64,000 nt of DNA from Eledone cirrhosa. Its lineage: Eukaryota. A model generated the notes under the pieces. The model did not search any database, was not told where the DNA came from, and saw only the letters and a list, made by a program, of their open reading frames with translations. Location: assembly GCA_964016885.1 (NCBI GenBank), contig OZ024743.1, positions 75,702,001 to 75,766,000 on the forward strand. The letters are read 5' to 3'. Shown here in pieces: positions 1 to 13,853 of this stretch (positions are counted from its first letter, which is position 1; every line of letters starts with the position of its first letter). A program made the position numbers and the translations under genes.

Positions 1-229
1 TATTAAAAAATATTAGATTTTTTAATTTTCTTTAATACCTGACAGAATGAAACTTTATTTTTATTTTCTATTGTTTTAAAAATATAATTTTATTTATACA
101 ATGATGGAAATATTTGGTTATCTGTTATACATAAACATATTATGTCAACTATATTTTACAGAAGTTATAGAATGATGGAAATATAAAAAATAGGATAAAA
201 ACAAAATTAAGTAATGAAAAAAAGAGAAA

Positions 230-445
230 GGGTAAAGAAGGGCAGATCTGGCGGAATAGAAAAGTAGAGAAAAGGACTATAAATGCCATAAATGAGAGGA
301 AAAGGAGGGAAGAGCAAGGACTATTAGGTCAAAGAAGAAAGGGATGGTTGAGAAAGGGGGATAGGCTCTATTCCTGGGGCGGGGTGGTGTTTCGACTGTG
401 TCACGCGGACAAAACTACAAAGGCATTTCGTGGACCTTTAAAGAT
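230..445. repeat. Dispersed repeat; second copy at ~8050-8280
   Basis: Both copies share GGGCAGATCTG...AAGGACTATAAATGCCATAAATGAGA...GGTGTTTCG...CGCGGACAAAACT. Confidence 0.7.
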
Positions 446-579
446 CAATATAAAAAAATATTAAGTTCTTAATTTTCTGGAATAGTTTACGTATAAAAAT
501 CAATAAAAAAAGAAAATAAATGAATTGGAGGCAGAGTTTATTGGTTTTACGCGTTTATTTGTATTAAACATATACAAAA

Positions 580-943
580 CATCACGAACGAGGAGGTCTG
601 CAAAAGAATCACCCAGCACGTGAGCCACTTTGAAGATCTGCTGACCACGGTGAAGAGGAGGAAGATGAGGTGGTATGGGGCATGTAACAAGAACGGGTGG
701 ACTCTCCAAGACAATTCTCCAAGGAACAGAGTGGAGAAAGAGAAGGCGGAGTAGACAGAGGAAGTGGTGGACAGACAACATAACTGAGTAGATGGGCAGG
801 AACTTTACCACACAACCCAAGTACTCACTCATGCTCCCCATGCTTCTCACCCACCTCGTGGATGTCTCTCTGTTGACCACGGGCCGCTGGTCTCTGTCCT
901 CTGAGGCACTTTTGCCCATCGCTGCCTTTGACATTTAGCAATG

Positions 944-990
<47 letters not shown>

Positions 991-1170
991 AGAATTTTCC
1001 GCGTCTGGAGCTATTCGGATATGTGATTGGTGTGGAGAGGAAAGCATTTGGCCACACAACCCAAGCACTTGTCCATGACCGCCAGAGATGGAGACAGTTG
1101 GTGCAGCGTTCAACATTACAGTATCCCAACGACCCCGAAAAAGTTTAAGGGACCATGAAGATGGAGGCTC
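580..1170 (+). mobile_element. RTE-clade LINE 3' fragment, interrupted
   Basis: Translates with a frameshift as ITNEEVCKRI...LLTTVKRRKMRWY/GHVTR...KTILQG...RRRSRQRKWWTDNITE, the typical RTE C-terminus. Confidence 0.75.
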
Positions 1171-1365
1171 GACAGCAATTGGGGGAGGAGGGGAAAGTCG
1201 ATTAATTCAAACCCAGTGTATTACTGGTACTTTATTTTATCGACCCTGTAAGGATGAAAGGTAAAGTAATCTCGGTGGGATTTGAACTCAGAATGGTAAA
1301 GGGCCGTAACTCTATGCTGTAAAGCATTTTCCCCGATGTTCTACCGATACTGTCAATCAACCAGC
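1170..1365 (-). mobile_element. tRNA-derived SINE (Meta/MESC-like core)
   Basis: Minus strand has B-box GAGTTCAAATCC and core CCTTTCATCCTTACAGGGTCGATAAAATAAAGTACCAGT; many copies occur in the window. Confidence 0.8.
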
Positions 1366-1543
1366 CTTAATAAACAGAGACAGACAGACAGAGAGACAGA
1401 GAGACAAAGAGACAGAAAGACAGAGAGACAGACAGAGACACAGACAGAGAGACAGACAGAGAGACAGAGAGACAGGGAGGCAGAGAGACAGACAGATAAA
1501 GAAACAGACTGACAGAGAGACAGAGAGACAGACAGTGAGACAA

Positions 1544-2030
1544 TCTTAAACTATAATAAAGAAAGGAGTGCGGGACTGCGCCCAGAATATTTTTTTTTTT
1601 ATCCCGTTTGTAAAATAAGTTGGATTACTTTGAATAAATAATGAATGAATATTACATAATTTATCTACTAAATTTCGTTATTCTTGATTAAATATATTTT
1701 ATAGCTTATTTAAAGATTCACTTCTTTAAAATTTTCAAATGTCAACACTTCCGGTTAGCGTTCGCTTAAATAAACATTCATATATTTCCGTCACTAATTT
1801 TTATCTTAATGCAGTTTATAAATAATATCGTCTTTTTAAAATGTATCATGGATTACTTTACTGATTACATAAGACAGTGTAACGCAGTCTTCGTTCAATT
1901 TCTGTGTATATTGTCAATTATGATTTTATTTGATGTATCATATCTCCATGCATATATACTTGCGTATAATACCAATATGCACACCACACGTGCTAGCAGA
2001 AAACCACCCGAAGGGTGGTTTTTCTGCTAG
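1544..2030 (+). mobile_element. Non-autonomous Helitron, deletion derivative of the 3096-8047 family
   Basis: A|TCTTAAACTATAATAAAG 5' end and hairpin plus CTAG|T 3' end; the first ~130 bp and last ~180 bp match the termini of the large Helitron. Confidence 0.85.
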
Positions 2031-2186
2031 TATAAATAATAAACAGTAAACTCACAGTAAACGTCAATGGAGATATTAAATAAAAATGTTTCTGTGTCTT
2101 TGGCGTTAATCGTTGTTTACTGTTCACAGTTTTATTGTTGTTGGTTGTTACTTCCGTTTATTGTCAGTTTGGCAATGTTGTGACTG

Positions 2187-2640
2187 ACTGGTTGGCTGGT
2201 TGGTTGGTTGGTTGGTTTTTGGTTGGTTGGCTGGTTGGTTGGCTGGTTGGTTGGCTGGTTGGCTGGTTGGTTGGTTGGTTGGCTGGTTGGTTGGTTGGTT
2301 GGTTGGCTGGTTGGCTGGTTGGCTGGCTGGCTGGTTGGTTGGTTGGTTGGCTGGTTGGTTGGTTGGTTGGTTGGTTGGCTGGTTGGCTGGCTGGTTGGCT
2401 GGTTGGCTGGCTGGTTGGTTGGTTGGTTGGCTGGTTGGTTGGTTGGTTGGCTGGTTGGTTGGCTGGTTGGTTGGTTGGTTGGCTGGTTGGTTGGCTGGTT
2501 GGTTGGTTGGTTGGTTGGCTGGTTGGTTGGTTGGTTGGCTGGTTGGTTGGCTGGTTGGCTGGCTGGTTGGTTGGCTGGTTGGCTGGTTGGTTGGCTGGTT
2601 GGTTGGCTAATTGGTTGACTGGCTGACTGGCTGACGTGCT
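2187..2640 (+). repeat. (GGTT/GGCT)n microsatellite
   Basis: Direct reading. Confidence 0.95.
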
Positions 2641-3095
2641 GGCTGGCTAGTTAGCTGGCTAATTGGTTGGCTGGTAATTAGTTGTTTTGTCGACAGTGTT
2701 GAAGCCCTATCTTAAAAAAAAACAAAAAAAACCATCTAAAGAATGCCTGGTTTTTCTGCCAAACTTTAAATATTAGTTACAAAAATAATCTAATTTTAAG
2801 CTTAATTAGATGCAATAATTTTTAATTCAATTACAATATCAATTTGAAATTTTTCACATGATATATCCCCATTAATTGTGAGAAGAAGCACTATTTTGTT
2901 TTTAAACTGGATGTATTTTATGTTTAATCTACCTGAATAACAATCCATACTGTGCTCAAGTGTATTAAGATTTAGGAGGATTGGATTGTCGAAATATCTC
3001 AGACGTTTTATTTACTGTGTATGCGGGGTTATGTGTTGAAATAAACACGTGTTTCTGTATAAAAATTATTTATCAAGTTTTCATAATTAATTACA

Positions 3096-6000
3096 CTAGC
3101 AGAAGAACCGCCCTCGGGCGGTTTTCTGCTAGCATGTATAGTGTGTATATTGATATACGCAAATATATATGCACATAACTATAATACGTAAATTGACAAT
3201 ATGCACATAAACCGAACAAAGACTGTGTTACACTTACTTCTGTAATCAGTCAAGTAATCCATTATACATAACAGAGATGGAAAAGCGATGAAACCGTTGA
3301 TGGAAAATGTTCATGAATCTTCACTTGAGTATGTCGATGGGAAGCTTCAAGCAGTGAATTTGAAAATAGATGCTGCTGGTATGAATGAATGAATTACATT
3401 TACCAATATGAAGAGTTGACCTTCGCTATATTGTTGTTTTACTGTATTCACATATAGACTTCTTAAGTTTTTGTAGTGTGCCTTTTCTAGCAGTCAAAAA
3501 GAAACTGAAACGCATTTCAGCTAAAAGAGAGTGATTATTGTTTCACATGACTGTAGAATTTCTTTGTAGGCACAGTTGTCAGCAAACAGACCCCTTTCAT
3601 TTAATATTTTTATATTTTCATTTTTTGTAACTCGTGATAATGCAACATACATTTGACCATGTGAAAAGAATTTGTGTTGGTAGATTTACACCTATCTTTT
3701 CAAATGTCTGCCTTGTGCCTTGTTGCATGTAAGGGCAAAGGCTGGTTTGACAGGAAATTGCTTGCGAGTAAAGGTGAAAGGAACTCAAGCTCTTGAGATA
3801 CATGTGGTATCCTTGGGATTATCAGCCTTGTTCCAGCATTGGGACTCAATGTCACTTCAGCTTCAATTACAGGATTATGTAAACTGATGATGATGTAGCG
3901 TGTACCATTGCAATGCCCGTTTAGATGATCCATATTTCTCAGAAGCATGATGCAACTCCCTTTCTTCAGTTTAAGTATGTGTGTTGGGAAGCCTGATGGG
4001 GTAAGTTTGTTGATGAACTCAATTGGATATTGCAGTTCATTATCTACTGTATCAGAGCTTCTGTAGATTATTTTATGACCAGGGAACTTGTTGACCATGA
4101 ACTCATTCACCAATCTTGCTGCATAATTTGTTGGAGTGATAATGGCTCTATTTGCAAGCCATAGTGGATTTGTGTAGTTTCCTGGAATATTTGTATACAC
4201 AAAATCACACAGTCCAGACACATTACCATATTCCAGACAAAGTTCATTTGGAACAGTTGGAATGTTACCATTTACCACATCAAGAAGGTAGTTTGCAAAC
4301 TGTCTTTCATCAGAATCCTCTGTATTAATTAACCGTTGATTGGTTGTCATCTCCATGGTTTCCACATAGTCCCAGAAATAGGATCTCTTGATGGATGGTT
4401 GCCTCAACTATTTGTGGTCCAGCACCATGACGTACAACAGGAAGAATTTGCTTCCAGTCACCAGATAGTAATACTTTTAGACCACCAATTGGCTTTTTGC
4501 AATCTCGAACATCTTTGAAGCTCCTGTCAAGGCATTCAAAGATATGCTTATGTCCCATACCTATCTCATCAATAATTAGCAGGTCAGCTTGCTGCATAAG
4601 TTTATCTGTGTCATCCCTCTTTGTGAAGAAGCAAGTTGATTCAGAGTCACATTGAGAGGAATCTTGCACTTGGAATGAGGAGTTCTACCTTTGTGAAGCA
4701 AAGTGGCTGCTATTCCAGATATGGCAGTGGCAAGTGCAATTTCTTTTTTAGATCGGAGGTAATCCAATATGATGCACTTGCATTCAAGCAAAATATTCTG
4801 CCTTCATTTTCATTTACAGAGGTGATTACTTTGTGAAAAATAACCAGTTGCTCAGGATTCAATGTTGGCAGAAGTTCATTTATGTTTGCTTGCAGTTGGT
4901 GTGTATTGAAATCAGTTTCTGCCATAAGAACCCTGTTGATTTCTGGTATGGCAACAATAGTTGGATCTGGCCGAGGAAGTCCATAGTTGGCATGAATGTC
5001 AAAACCATCATGTTGAAGTCTTTGTTGGATCTTCTGTAGAACAATCTGCACGGTTTGCATGGACATGACTTGCTCATGACGTCCTTGCATGATATCCACT
5101 GCAAGACAATTCTTCCATTTCTCCCAGAACTGCAGAGGGTCATTTGGCATGCAGTACAATAAAATTGTGTAGAAGATCTCTCGCAGCTGAGGACCAAGCG
5201 TAATGGATGAGGCCTCTTCCATAGCTTTGTCTTTTTCTCCATCTTCATTTAACAGACCAAGTTTCCTGCATACTTCTTGGAATGTTGGAAATTCAACTCC
5301 TTCAATTGTCTTCAATTCTTTGTATGAAGTTGACCCAGCCTTGTGATGTAGGATCATTCTGAGGTAATATAATTCAGATTGATGTCTACTGAGAGATACT
5401 GTTGGAATGCGTCCAAGAGATTCACTCATAAATTGTTGATCACCATCCAGATGTTCCTTTTTTCTTCTTTGCCACTTTTTGTTTGTCCAAGTGAAATATT
5501 TAGGAAAATCAATATACAATATGTTTTGTGCCAGTGGATCTCTAATATTCAGTTGAAAATATTCCGTCAACTTAGTCATTGGCTGTATCCCTAGAAACAA
5601 CACTTTCTTCCTGCCCTCGCTCATACACGACCATTTGTTCCCCAGGTAAATGGCAAGGCAACTTTTCAACTAGCGGTTTTCGATGATGTAATGGAAATTT
5701 ATAGATTCTCCAGAATGCTTCACTGGCTGAGATGTACCGTGCATTGATATAGGTCTCAATCTCATTTTGGGCATCGACACAATTTCCTTGATCATCCATA
5801 ATAGTGAAAGTGATCTTGTCTGATCCTTTCGTGATGTACTTATATAAGTACTTAACAGCCTTGACACTGTGGACAACCTCACAATTGATGTGGCACTGAT
5901 ATCTCAATGAGAGGAAAGGGTTGTATGGAACAATCCAACAATTATCAACAGTAAATTCTTGACCTTTAAGTTGGATTGTATGGGTGTGACCACCATGCTG

Positions 6001-8047
6001 TCTATCCCTTCTTCTATATTCCGGAAAGGAATTTTCGGCAACAAATCTGGTTTGTCTGAATGACTTGGGATAACTTTTTGAGCAATGGCGTTGTTGTCCT
6101 AGCCCTTCCATACATGAGCACATCATATTAGCTTGTCCACATGGGCCATGAATGTTGCAGGATGTGATGATCTTATGCAGAATTGGATTGGTCTCTTTAT
6201 CAGGAATCTCACAGTACACTACCTGATCAATGGCATCAGCAGTTTTGGGTTTGCTATTTTCAGCCATTATCAGCAGAATATGAGCATGAGTGAAGCCTCG
6301 TTTCTGCCACTCTATTGTAGCAGAATGAGACACAACTTTTCCTAGGACATTTTTTTCAGTATGTCATCCATGAGGCTGTCATACTTGATCTTGAAGACTC
6401 TTGCACAAATATCAGGACGGTCTCTAGGTTCTTCACCAGGGTGCAAACTATTTTTTATTTCACCCCAATTGGGGTTAGTTGTTACCGTGATGAAATAAGA
6501 TAGCTTTCCCATGTGTCGAACCACAGTCATCGAATTCTGAAAGCACCCACTGTAGAAGCGAGGTGAACCATAGATTGAAGGAGGAAGAACAATTCCCCGG
6601 CCTGCATTTACCGAATCTCCTTCAGCCACGGCATCATACAAACCCTCATACTTTTCAGCTCGTATCATGGTTTGATTGTTGCGGGCCCATTTGAGGCGAC
6701 AATGTTCTATTTTTGCCTGGGCATCTACAGTATATTGCTGCATCAGCCGCCTGCTCTTCATGACAATGTTACAGTCACCTTGCCTAACCTGAAGCCGATA
6801 ACAGTAGAAATCAGTGGGTGTGAGTGTGTGGTTGTTGTCAATCCTTTTCAAACCAACCTGAAACCCATCATTCCCCTAAGGAAACAGTAGCACATAATGA
6901 GAACGGTGCAACTGATGAATCCTCTGAAGACCACCATCTCTTTTATGAATGATGACATCCGAAAGACCTAATGCTGTATCAGGTTGAATAACAGCAATCT
7001 CAGATGCCATCGGAAGATTATATATGCGACAATGAAAATCAGTGGGTTTTACTTTGTCAGCATGTAGGACAATATTCACATTTTCAGAGACTGGCATTTC
7101 AATGATTGACTTGAAGCTTCTTATATAGGTGTTGCAGTAGTGCAAGTATTCTTGCAGGTCCTGCAAGACAGCAGCATCTAAATTAGCGTGATGCAAGCGA
7201 TTCTGAAGCTCATGATCTGTATCATAGAAGTAAATAAATAAATAAAACGTTATACTTGTTTTACCCTCCAATTCCCAATTAAACCGAACGTTATCATGAC
7301 TGTATGTGTGTGTTTGTGTAAATGTATATGTATGAATGTATGTATGTTTGTGTAAATGTATATGCGTGAATGTATGTATGTTTGTGTGAAAGTATGTGTG
7401 AATGTATGTATGTTTGTGTGAATCTATATATATTTGTGTGAATGTATGTATATTTGTGTGAAAGTATACCCTCCCATCTCCAATTAAACCGAACGCTATC
7501 ATGACTGTATGTGTGTGTTTGAGTAAATGTATATGTGTGAATGTATGTATGTTTGTGTGAAAGTATATGTGTGAAAGTATGTATATTTGTGTGAAAGTAT
7601 GTATGTTTGTGTGAATGTATGTATATTTGTGTGAAAGTATTTGTATTTGTGTGAATTATGACCGTGAGAGTGTATTTTTACAAGTTTGTTTTTGCGCGAT
7701 TATAGTTATATACTCATACATATAGATGTATGTATGTGCACAATCATATGCGTCAGGTGTAGAAAATCATAATCTCTCTATCTCTCTCATCACAAACTCT
7801 CTCTTTCTATATATATGATAGTTGAAGTTGTGGTGGTGGCGACGATATACCGGAAGTGCAACTTTGAAAAGAAGTTAATTTGAAATTATTTATTTTTACG
7901 AAATTATTTTTGTTTACGAAATTGAGTAGATAAATTATGTAATATTCATTAATTATTTATTCAAAGTAATCCAACTTATTTTACAAACGGGATAAAAATA
8001 TATATTCTGGATGCAGTCCCGCACTCCTTACTTTATTATAGTTTAGA
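3096..8047 (-). mobile_element. Helitron, decayed autonomous type
   Basis: 5' A|TCTAAACTATAATAAAG at 8047; 3' hairpin CCGCCCGAGGGCGG and CTAG|T at 3096; RepHel coding region inside. Confidence 0.9.
3620..7230 (-). pseudogene. Helitron Rep/PIF1-like helicase, frameshifted
   Basis: Rep motifs FITVTTNPNW, IEWQKRGFTHAHILL (HUH) and KYLYKYITKG; helicase motifs ATAISGIAATLL, LIIDEIGM, GDWKQILPVV, IMLLRN..NGHCNGTR and SHGQMYVALSRV, split across about 8 ORF pieces. Confidence 0.92.
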
Positions 8048-8446
8048 TAAATAAGGAAAAAAAGGGGAGCGGTAGAGACGGGCAGATCTGACTGTATAGG
8101 AAAGTAAAGGGAAGGACTATAAATGCCATAAATGAGAAGAAAAGGAGGAAAAGAGCAAGTACTATTGGGCCGCTGAAGAAAGAGAGGGAGAAGAGGAGAG
8201 GGTGACAGGCTCTACACCTAGGCCGGGGCGGTGTTTCGGCTGCTCCCCGCGGACAAAACTGAAAAGGTATATCCACGGATAATGACCACTGCCACCCCAC
8301 TGCAACAGCCACCCCATCTTGCGGGGCTCCTTCCTCCAATTTTATGGAGGTTCTCGGCTGCACGTGTTTGTATTTGTATATCCATGTTTGTCTTTTTGTA
8401 TATTTTTGTTTTATTATCTAAATAGTGGACTGAATATATTTGTGTT

Positions 8447-8662
8447 ATGTTGATATAGACAACATTCCTCCCTGTAACAGATGTTAATATAGACTAATAC
8501 ACCTCCCTGTAACATATGTTGATATAGACAGACACACCTCCCTGTAACATATGTTGATATAGACAGACACAGTTCCCTGTAACATATGTTGATATAAACA
8601 AACATATCTCCCTGTAACATATGTTGATATGTTGGTATAGACAAACATTCCTCCCTGTAACA
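8447..8662 (+). repeat. ~35-bp minisatellite, ~6 copies
   Basis: Unit approximately ATGTTGATATAGACAGACACACCTCCCTGTAACAT. Confidence 0.85.
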
Positions 8663-8996
8663 TTACGTATTTGTTAATTAGAAAATATCCTTGCATGTTC
8701 TGTTTTATAAATCCATGTTCATGCATCGACATGGGTAATTGATGTTTATGTCATCTAATATTAACAAGGCCATTCATTATCTTCCCATTCACATAGAAGG
8801 TTCTCAGGATTAGAGCAAAAATCACGAGCACTCTATCTCAAAATTATTTTTGAAAAGCATAAGAAATGCGCAACCGGCAAAAACTTAAAACTAAAACTGA
8901 ATACTAACTAATACTTATTACTAATTTATACTTATTCCTAATTAAACAATTTTTCACTGGGAAAAATTTGTCAGCATTTTCTTTTCCTTTTTACTA

Positions 8997-9081
<85 letters not shown>

Positions 9082-9147
9082 AGTGAGTGTGTGTGTGAGA
9101 GTGTGTGTATTCAAATATATGGTGAACAGATTTTCTCTAAGGCGGGT

Positions 9148-9621
9148 TATTAAAGACACCAATATGGCCTAGTATTAAGTTTCTCATATTTTCAATTGCA
9201 AAAATGAAAGTTGTAAACTGCTACATTGCCCACACAAGTACAACACTCTTTCGAAGGCACGCCATGCATTTACAACAAGGATTATTTGCATTACACTACA
9301 CCGCACATCACAAGACAAAACTAGATAGGAAAACACTAACGGACAACGCATCCGTATTATACAGAATTCCTATAAAAAGACGTATAATTATGAAGGGTGT
9401 ACTTAATATCAAAATATAATCCCATGATAAGCACATAAACACACTAGACATGTCTAACCACACATAAAACAATATACACGTCATGAAAACGTGACATGAT
9501 AAATAAATCTAACGGTCAAACGTTGATTAGATTATACATTTAGGAACTTTGTTTTAAACGACCCAAACGACCTTCTACGGAAAAATTTGATTAAAATTCG
9601 ATTGTAGCCGTGTCTTTAATA
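9148..9621 (+). mobile_element. Penelope-like element 3' fragment with degenerate GIY-YIG endonuclease
   Basis: HIFNCKNESC / YIAHTSTTLFRRHAMHLQQG...H...HH...LDRKTL...RRII..VLNIK..P resembles the PLE GIY-YIG domain; short inverted ends TATTAAAGACAC / GTGTCTTTAATA. Confidence 0.6.
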
Positions 9622-9643
9622 ATACATACACATGTATGTATGT

Positions 9644-12600
9644 TCTTCTGTTTTTATAATTTCACAAAATTTTTTTCCCAATAGAGAGAGAGAGTCGGTT
9701 TCTAACATAGACACAAGACTCTCTCATTGGAATTTACACAACATCAACTAGGTAGATTATGTATCCATGCATGCATGTGTAGATATGGATGTTATTGTAT
9801 GTGTGGATGTGGATGTTTTGAGTTGTATGTGTGAATGTGTATATGCTTTGTATCTATACATGTGTATATGCAGTTATTAGATGCAACATTTTTGGAATGT
9901 TTTACATATTTTTACTGTTCCATTAATGGATTGTACTTGTAATTTCCTAACTAGTTGTGTTCTTTCTGTTCCTGTGAAGCCCAGCTTCTCAAGATTTGTA
10001 TTGAGAAAGTTACTAACATACCCCAGTGCCCCAACAATCACAGGCATGAATCTGAAGGTGTAATCAGGTGGTGTATCTGCAGATTTCTCATCAGTTCTGC
10101 ATAAATATTCTCCTTTTCGCTAATCTTTGATATTATATTGGCATCTGCTGGGCAGCTAATTTCCACTACTGTGCATGCTTTCTTCTCCCTGTGCCATATA
10201 CTAATATCTGGTCTGTTATGCCTGCATTTTATTGGGGTTTTTACTGGAACATTCCACCAGAACTCTTTCATATTATGTACGTGGATGTCTTCCACATTGC
10301 TGTAACTTTTAATTATCGAGGCTATCTTTTTTACGGATTGCATTGTACAGTGTTTTGGCCACTACATCATGCCTCATAGGTAGATAGCATCGCTATGACA
10401 TCTTTGGACAGCTGCTGATGACATTGGTGATATCTTCGATATTAGTTCTGCAGAGTCTGCACTTGTTATCACATCTAGGTGTTTGGCCTGCATCCCTATC
10501 TCTTTTGTGAATCAGGTATTTCGATTTAATTTCCTGTTCTTGGATTGCAAAAGCGTATCCTTCAAAGTGGGAGCCAATATAGCGGTTGTTGGTCCAAGAT
10601 AGACTACTTTCTTTATCTATAATACTCTCACTCTGGAGCTTCCTGGCAACATATCCATGCAAGATTTTTTGCTGATAAGCATGCAGTCTTTCATCCATGG
10701 ATTCACTGCGATACTGCTGAGCGACATCCCTGTGTATTAGTTTTTGATTATCACACAGGGAATATCTCTCGAGGAGTTCCTTCCCAACTCTCATGATCTT
10801 ATCTGCTTCATGCAGATAGACTTGCTCGAGAAACGGGCTCCTACGCTTCGAGGTTCGTAGATGTTGTCGGAGAGATATGATGCGACATTCAAATGTTGTC
10901 TGGACTGATGTTAGGCCTCTGCCTCCCTGCTTACGTTTCAAGTAAAGGCGGTCTATGTCACTGTTGATGTGGAAGTTTCCGGTGTTGTTTAGTATTTTTC
11001 GAGTTCCAACATCAACTGCTCGGATTTCGCCTATCGTCCAATTGAGTATTCCAAACGTTGGTGTTAGTACAGGCACATCGAACACATTGTGAGTCACTGT
11101 TTTGTTTTGCGCAGAGAGTTCCGATGACCAAATCTTTCTTAATCGGGTGTAATATTCCCTGGTTACGCGTTCCTTATTAAATATACCATTATAGGAAAAA
11201 TAAAGTACCAGTAATGTACTGGGTAATTGCTGGCCTTGTGCCAAAAGTAGAAACAATTATAGGATATGTTCTCATCTATCCCCAGGTATCTGTAGCAGTC
11301 CTCATCAGATATCGGTGAAACAGTTAGACCATTGATGACAATGTTGCTAGATTGGGTTGTTGTTTTTCCCCGCTTTACAGTCATATATGAGCATTTATCT
11401 TGGCCAAACTCCATTCCTATATCCTTTGAGAACGTTGTAACCAGGTCAAGATTGTTCTTCATCCCATCCATGTTCTTGACATAGAGTTTCAGATCATCCA
11501 CAAAGAAATTATGGGTTAGGTTTGTATTTCTGTCCTCCTGTGAGCCAATGATGTATCCCTCATTTCTTGAGCAGAAAGGACAAGGGGTTTAATGATAAAA
11601 TGAATAATATCACAGAGAGACTGTCCCCCTGAAATATACCCCTGCAATATTTTATTTTATCAGTGAAAATAGAGTCCTCCCTCTCTGTCTTTAACCTTAG
11701 GATAGTAGACCAAAAAGAAGACAGCTTCTCTATGGCTCTGATAATAATGTCTGCGACTTTAGCAAGCTGGAGGGCCTCTATCATCCAAGAGTGGGGAACA
11801 GAATCGAAAGCTTTCCTGTAGTCCATCCAGACTTTAGCCATATTCCTCCTAAGTTGTCGCACCTCCGACATCGCAGTTTTGTTGATTAGGAGTTGTTCAG
11901 CACATCCCCAAACCCCTTTCTTTCCAGCTGCTTGTTCATCTGTGATGATGCTATTATTTTCACAGTGATCTTGGAGGAATAGGTTCAGACAGGATGTATA
12001 CATCTTATACATCAGCTTCTGGCATGCAATGAGTCGGTAGTTTTTTGCCAAGTGGGTGTCTTTGTTCTTGGGGACCAGTAATGTTTGTGCTAATGTCAAC
12101 CATTCTGGTATAAGTGTATCTCCCTTAAGAACTTGTTGGTAGAGGTCAGTAAGATACCTCCGATAGAATATCAGTTTTTTTGTACCAGTAGCCGACAATC
12201 ATGTCTCTTCCTGGTGTTTTCTTATCTTGGAGTTTTCCTATCACAGTCTCAAGGGTACCCTCACTTATTTCGTATGTCTTTGTTGTAATGTAGGAGCAAT
12301 AGTTCTTTCAGATTTCTTTTAGCCACACTGTATCTTGGTTGAAATTCTTCTTTTCACCTCATATTTTTCTCCAAAAGGAATCTGTCTTTCTGGGATGGGG
12401 CCTCAGTGACACTTATTATTTTGTTCTTCATATCTCTATAGACTGATTTTTGGTTTCGTCTGAATCTTTTCTTAAGCACTTTTCTCTCATCTACCTTCTT
12501 CAGGTATCGGCGGTTTTCGCTAACAGCTCTCAATTTTTGTTTAAGGGTGATCAGCTTATATTGAAGAGTTCTGGTTCTACTGTTACCAAACATCGTCTCT

Positions 12601-13853
12601 ATTTTATTTTTCACTCTTTGTTGGTGAGGAGTGAGGTTTTTTTGTGTTGGTTTGCATGTAAGGAACATTGTCACATATCCTATGGCTTTTCGTAGGTCAG
12701 CAATCTTTTTTCCTATTTTAGTTATATACGATGGTATTTTGGGTGGTCTTTTGTTCTTGTTAATATCTCTGCTATCACCAAGATAATGCTTCACTGTCGT
12801 TGCTAAGGCATATAAACAGGCGTTGATTTGCCAAAATGTTGGGGTTTTTATCCGTCGTAAATATTCATCCCCTATTTCGTCAATAACACGTAATATTTCA
12901 TTATTTGTTTTTTTATTAAACATTGTCGTTTTAATACGTTCAGCAAGAGAGGTATTTATACATGAATTAATTTCTCTCTGGAAGATTTCGTTGAGGGAAA
13001 TTTTCAATTGTTTATACTTTTGATTATTATCATTATCGATAGTATTTTCCACAACAGTCGAGGTAGACTCAGATGATACACGTGGTGTCAAATTACTTCG
13101 ATTATTATTATTATTTCTTCGATTATTATTACTATTTCTTCGATTATTATTATTATCGATAGTGTTTTCCCCATCATTCGAGGTAGACTTAGATGGTACA
13201 GGTGGTGTCAAGTTTCTTACAGGCATAGTTGTTTCAAGGCGCTGTTAGGCCTGGCTGCTAGGAAGTCTAGAAGAATGGCGACCTGTAGCACGTGTTGTTG
13301 ATCCCATGTTTGTTGTGGGAGACTTACAATTAATAATATTTATCTTATTTTTACGTTCAACAAACGTCGCTTGTTGGCGTAATTGTTTCGCTGTGAAATA
13401 ATTTAGCTCTGGGTGCATTTCGTCCCAGTGTAGCTTCATTCTATTCATATAGCCAATGGAGGGATTGTTTTTTGCCATTTTATAACAATTAAATAAATCA
13501 TCATTAAGTTCGCAACTCCAAGAGAAATGCGATTTATAATTTCGGTTTCTTCTGTAGCTACAACTGAATAAAGTTTGTTTAACTTCCTTGTTGCTAGTCT
13601 TCGATACTTCCTTAATTTTGTTGTTGATGTTGTGTTCAGCCATGCTGTTTGTAACAAATCCTTGTAAAATGAATTATGTATTTAGTCGGATATCTCTACG
13701 AATTCGAATAAAAGGTGTCTTCAGAAGATATAGTTAGAAGAATAACCAGTTATTCAACATGACTGTAGTTGTGGCATTATTGTCGGAGATAGTATTCATC
13801 TTAAATTTAATAAATAGTCTCCCACGCCAAAATATGCGACTGATCGCGTTGAC
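9644..13853 (-). mobile_element. R4/Dong-like non-LTR retrotransposon (RT plus restriction-like endonuclease), near full length, decayed
   Basis: RT motifs WMDYRKAFDSVPH, GIFQGDSLS, FVDDLKLY and LYLKRKQGGRGL; Zn knuckle CRLC..VISSC; RHDVV; RLE RPDI...VEISCP...K..Y; flanked by (TACA)n on both sides. Confidence 0.88.
11197..11255 (+). mobile_element. 5'-truncated SINE inserted in the R4-like ORF
   Basis: SINE 3' end flanked by 9-bp TSD ATTATAGGA (11188-11196 / 11256-11264); removing it restores ...ENISYNGIFNKER.... Confidence 0.9.

Noticed and set aside
9695-9722. Similarity between the R4-like 3' UTR (GTTTCTA..CACAAG) and the SINE 3' end
   Set aside because: Too short and gapped to claim a LINE-SINE partnership.
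13800-13853. HDV-like ribozyme expected at the 5' end of the R4-like element
   Set aside because: The nested double pseudoknot could not be built by eye.
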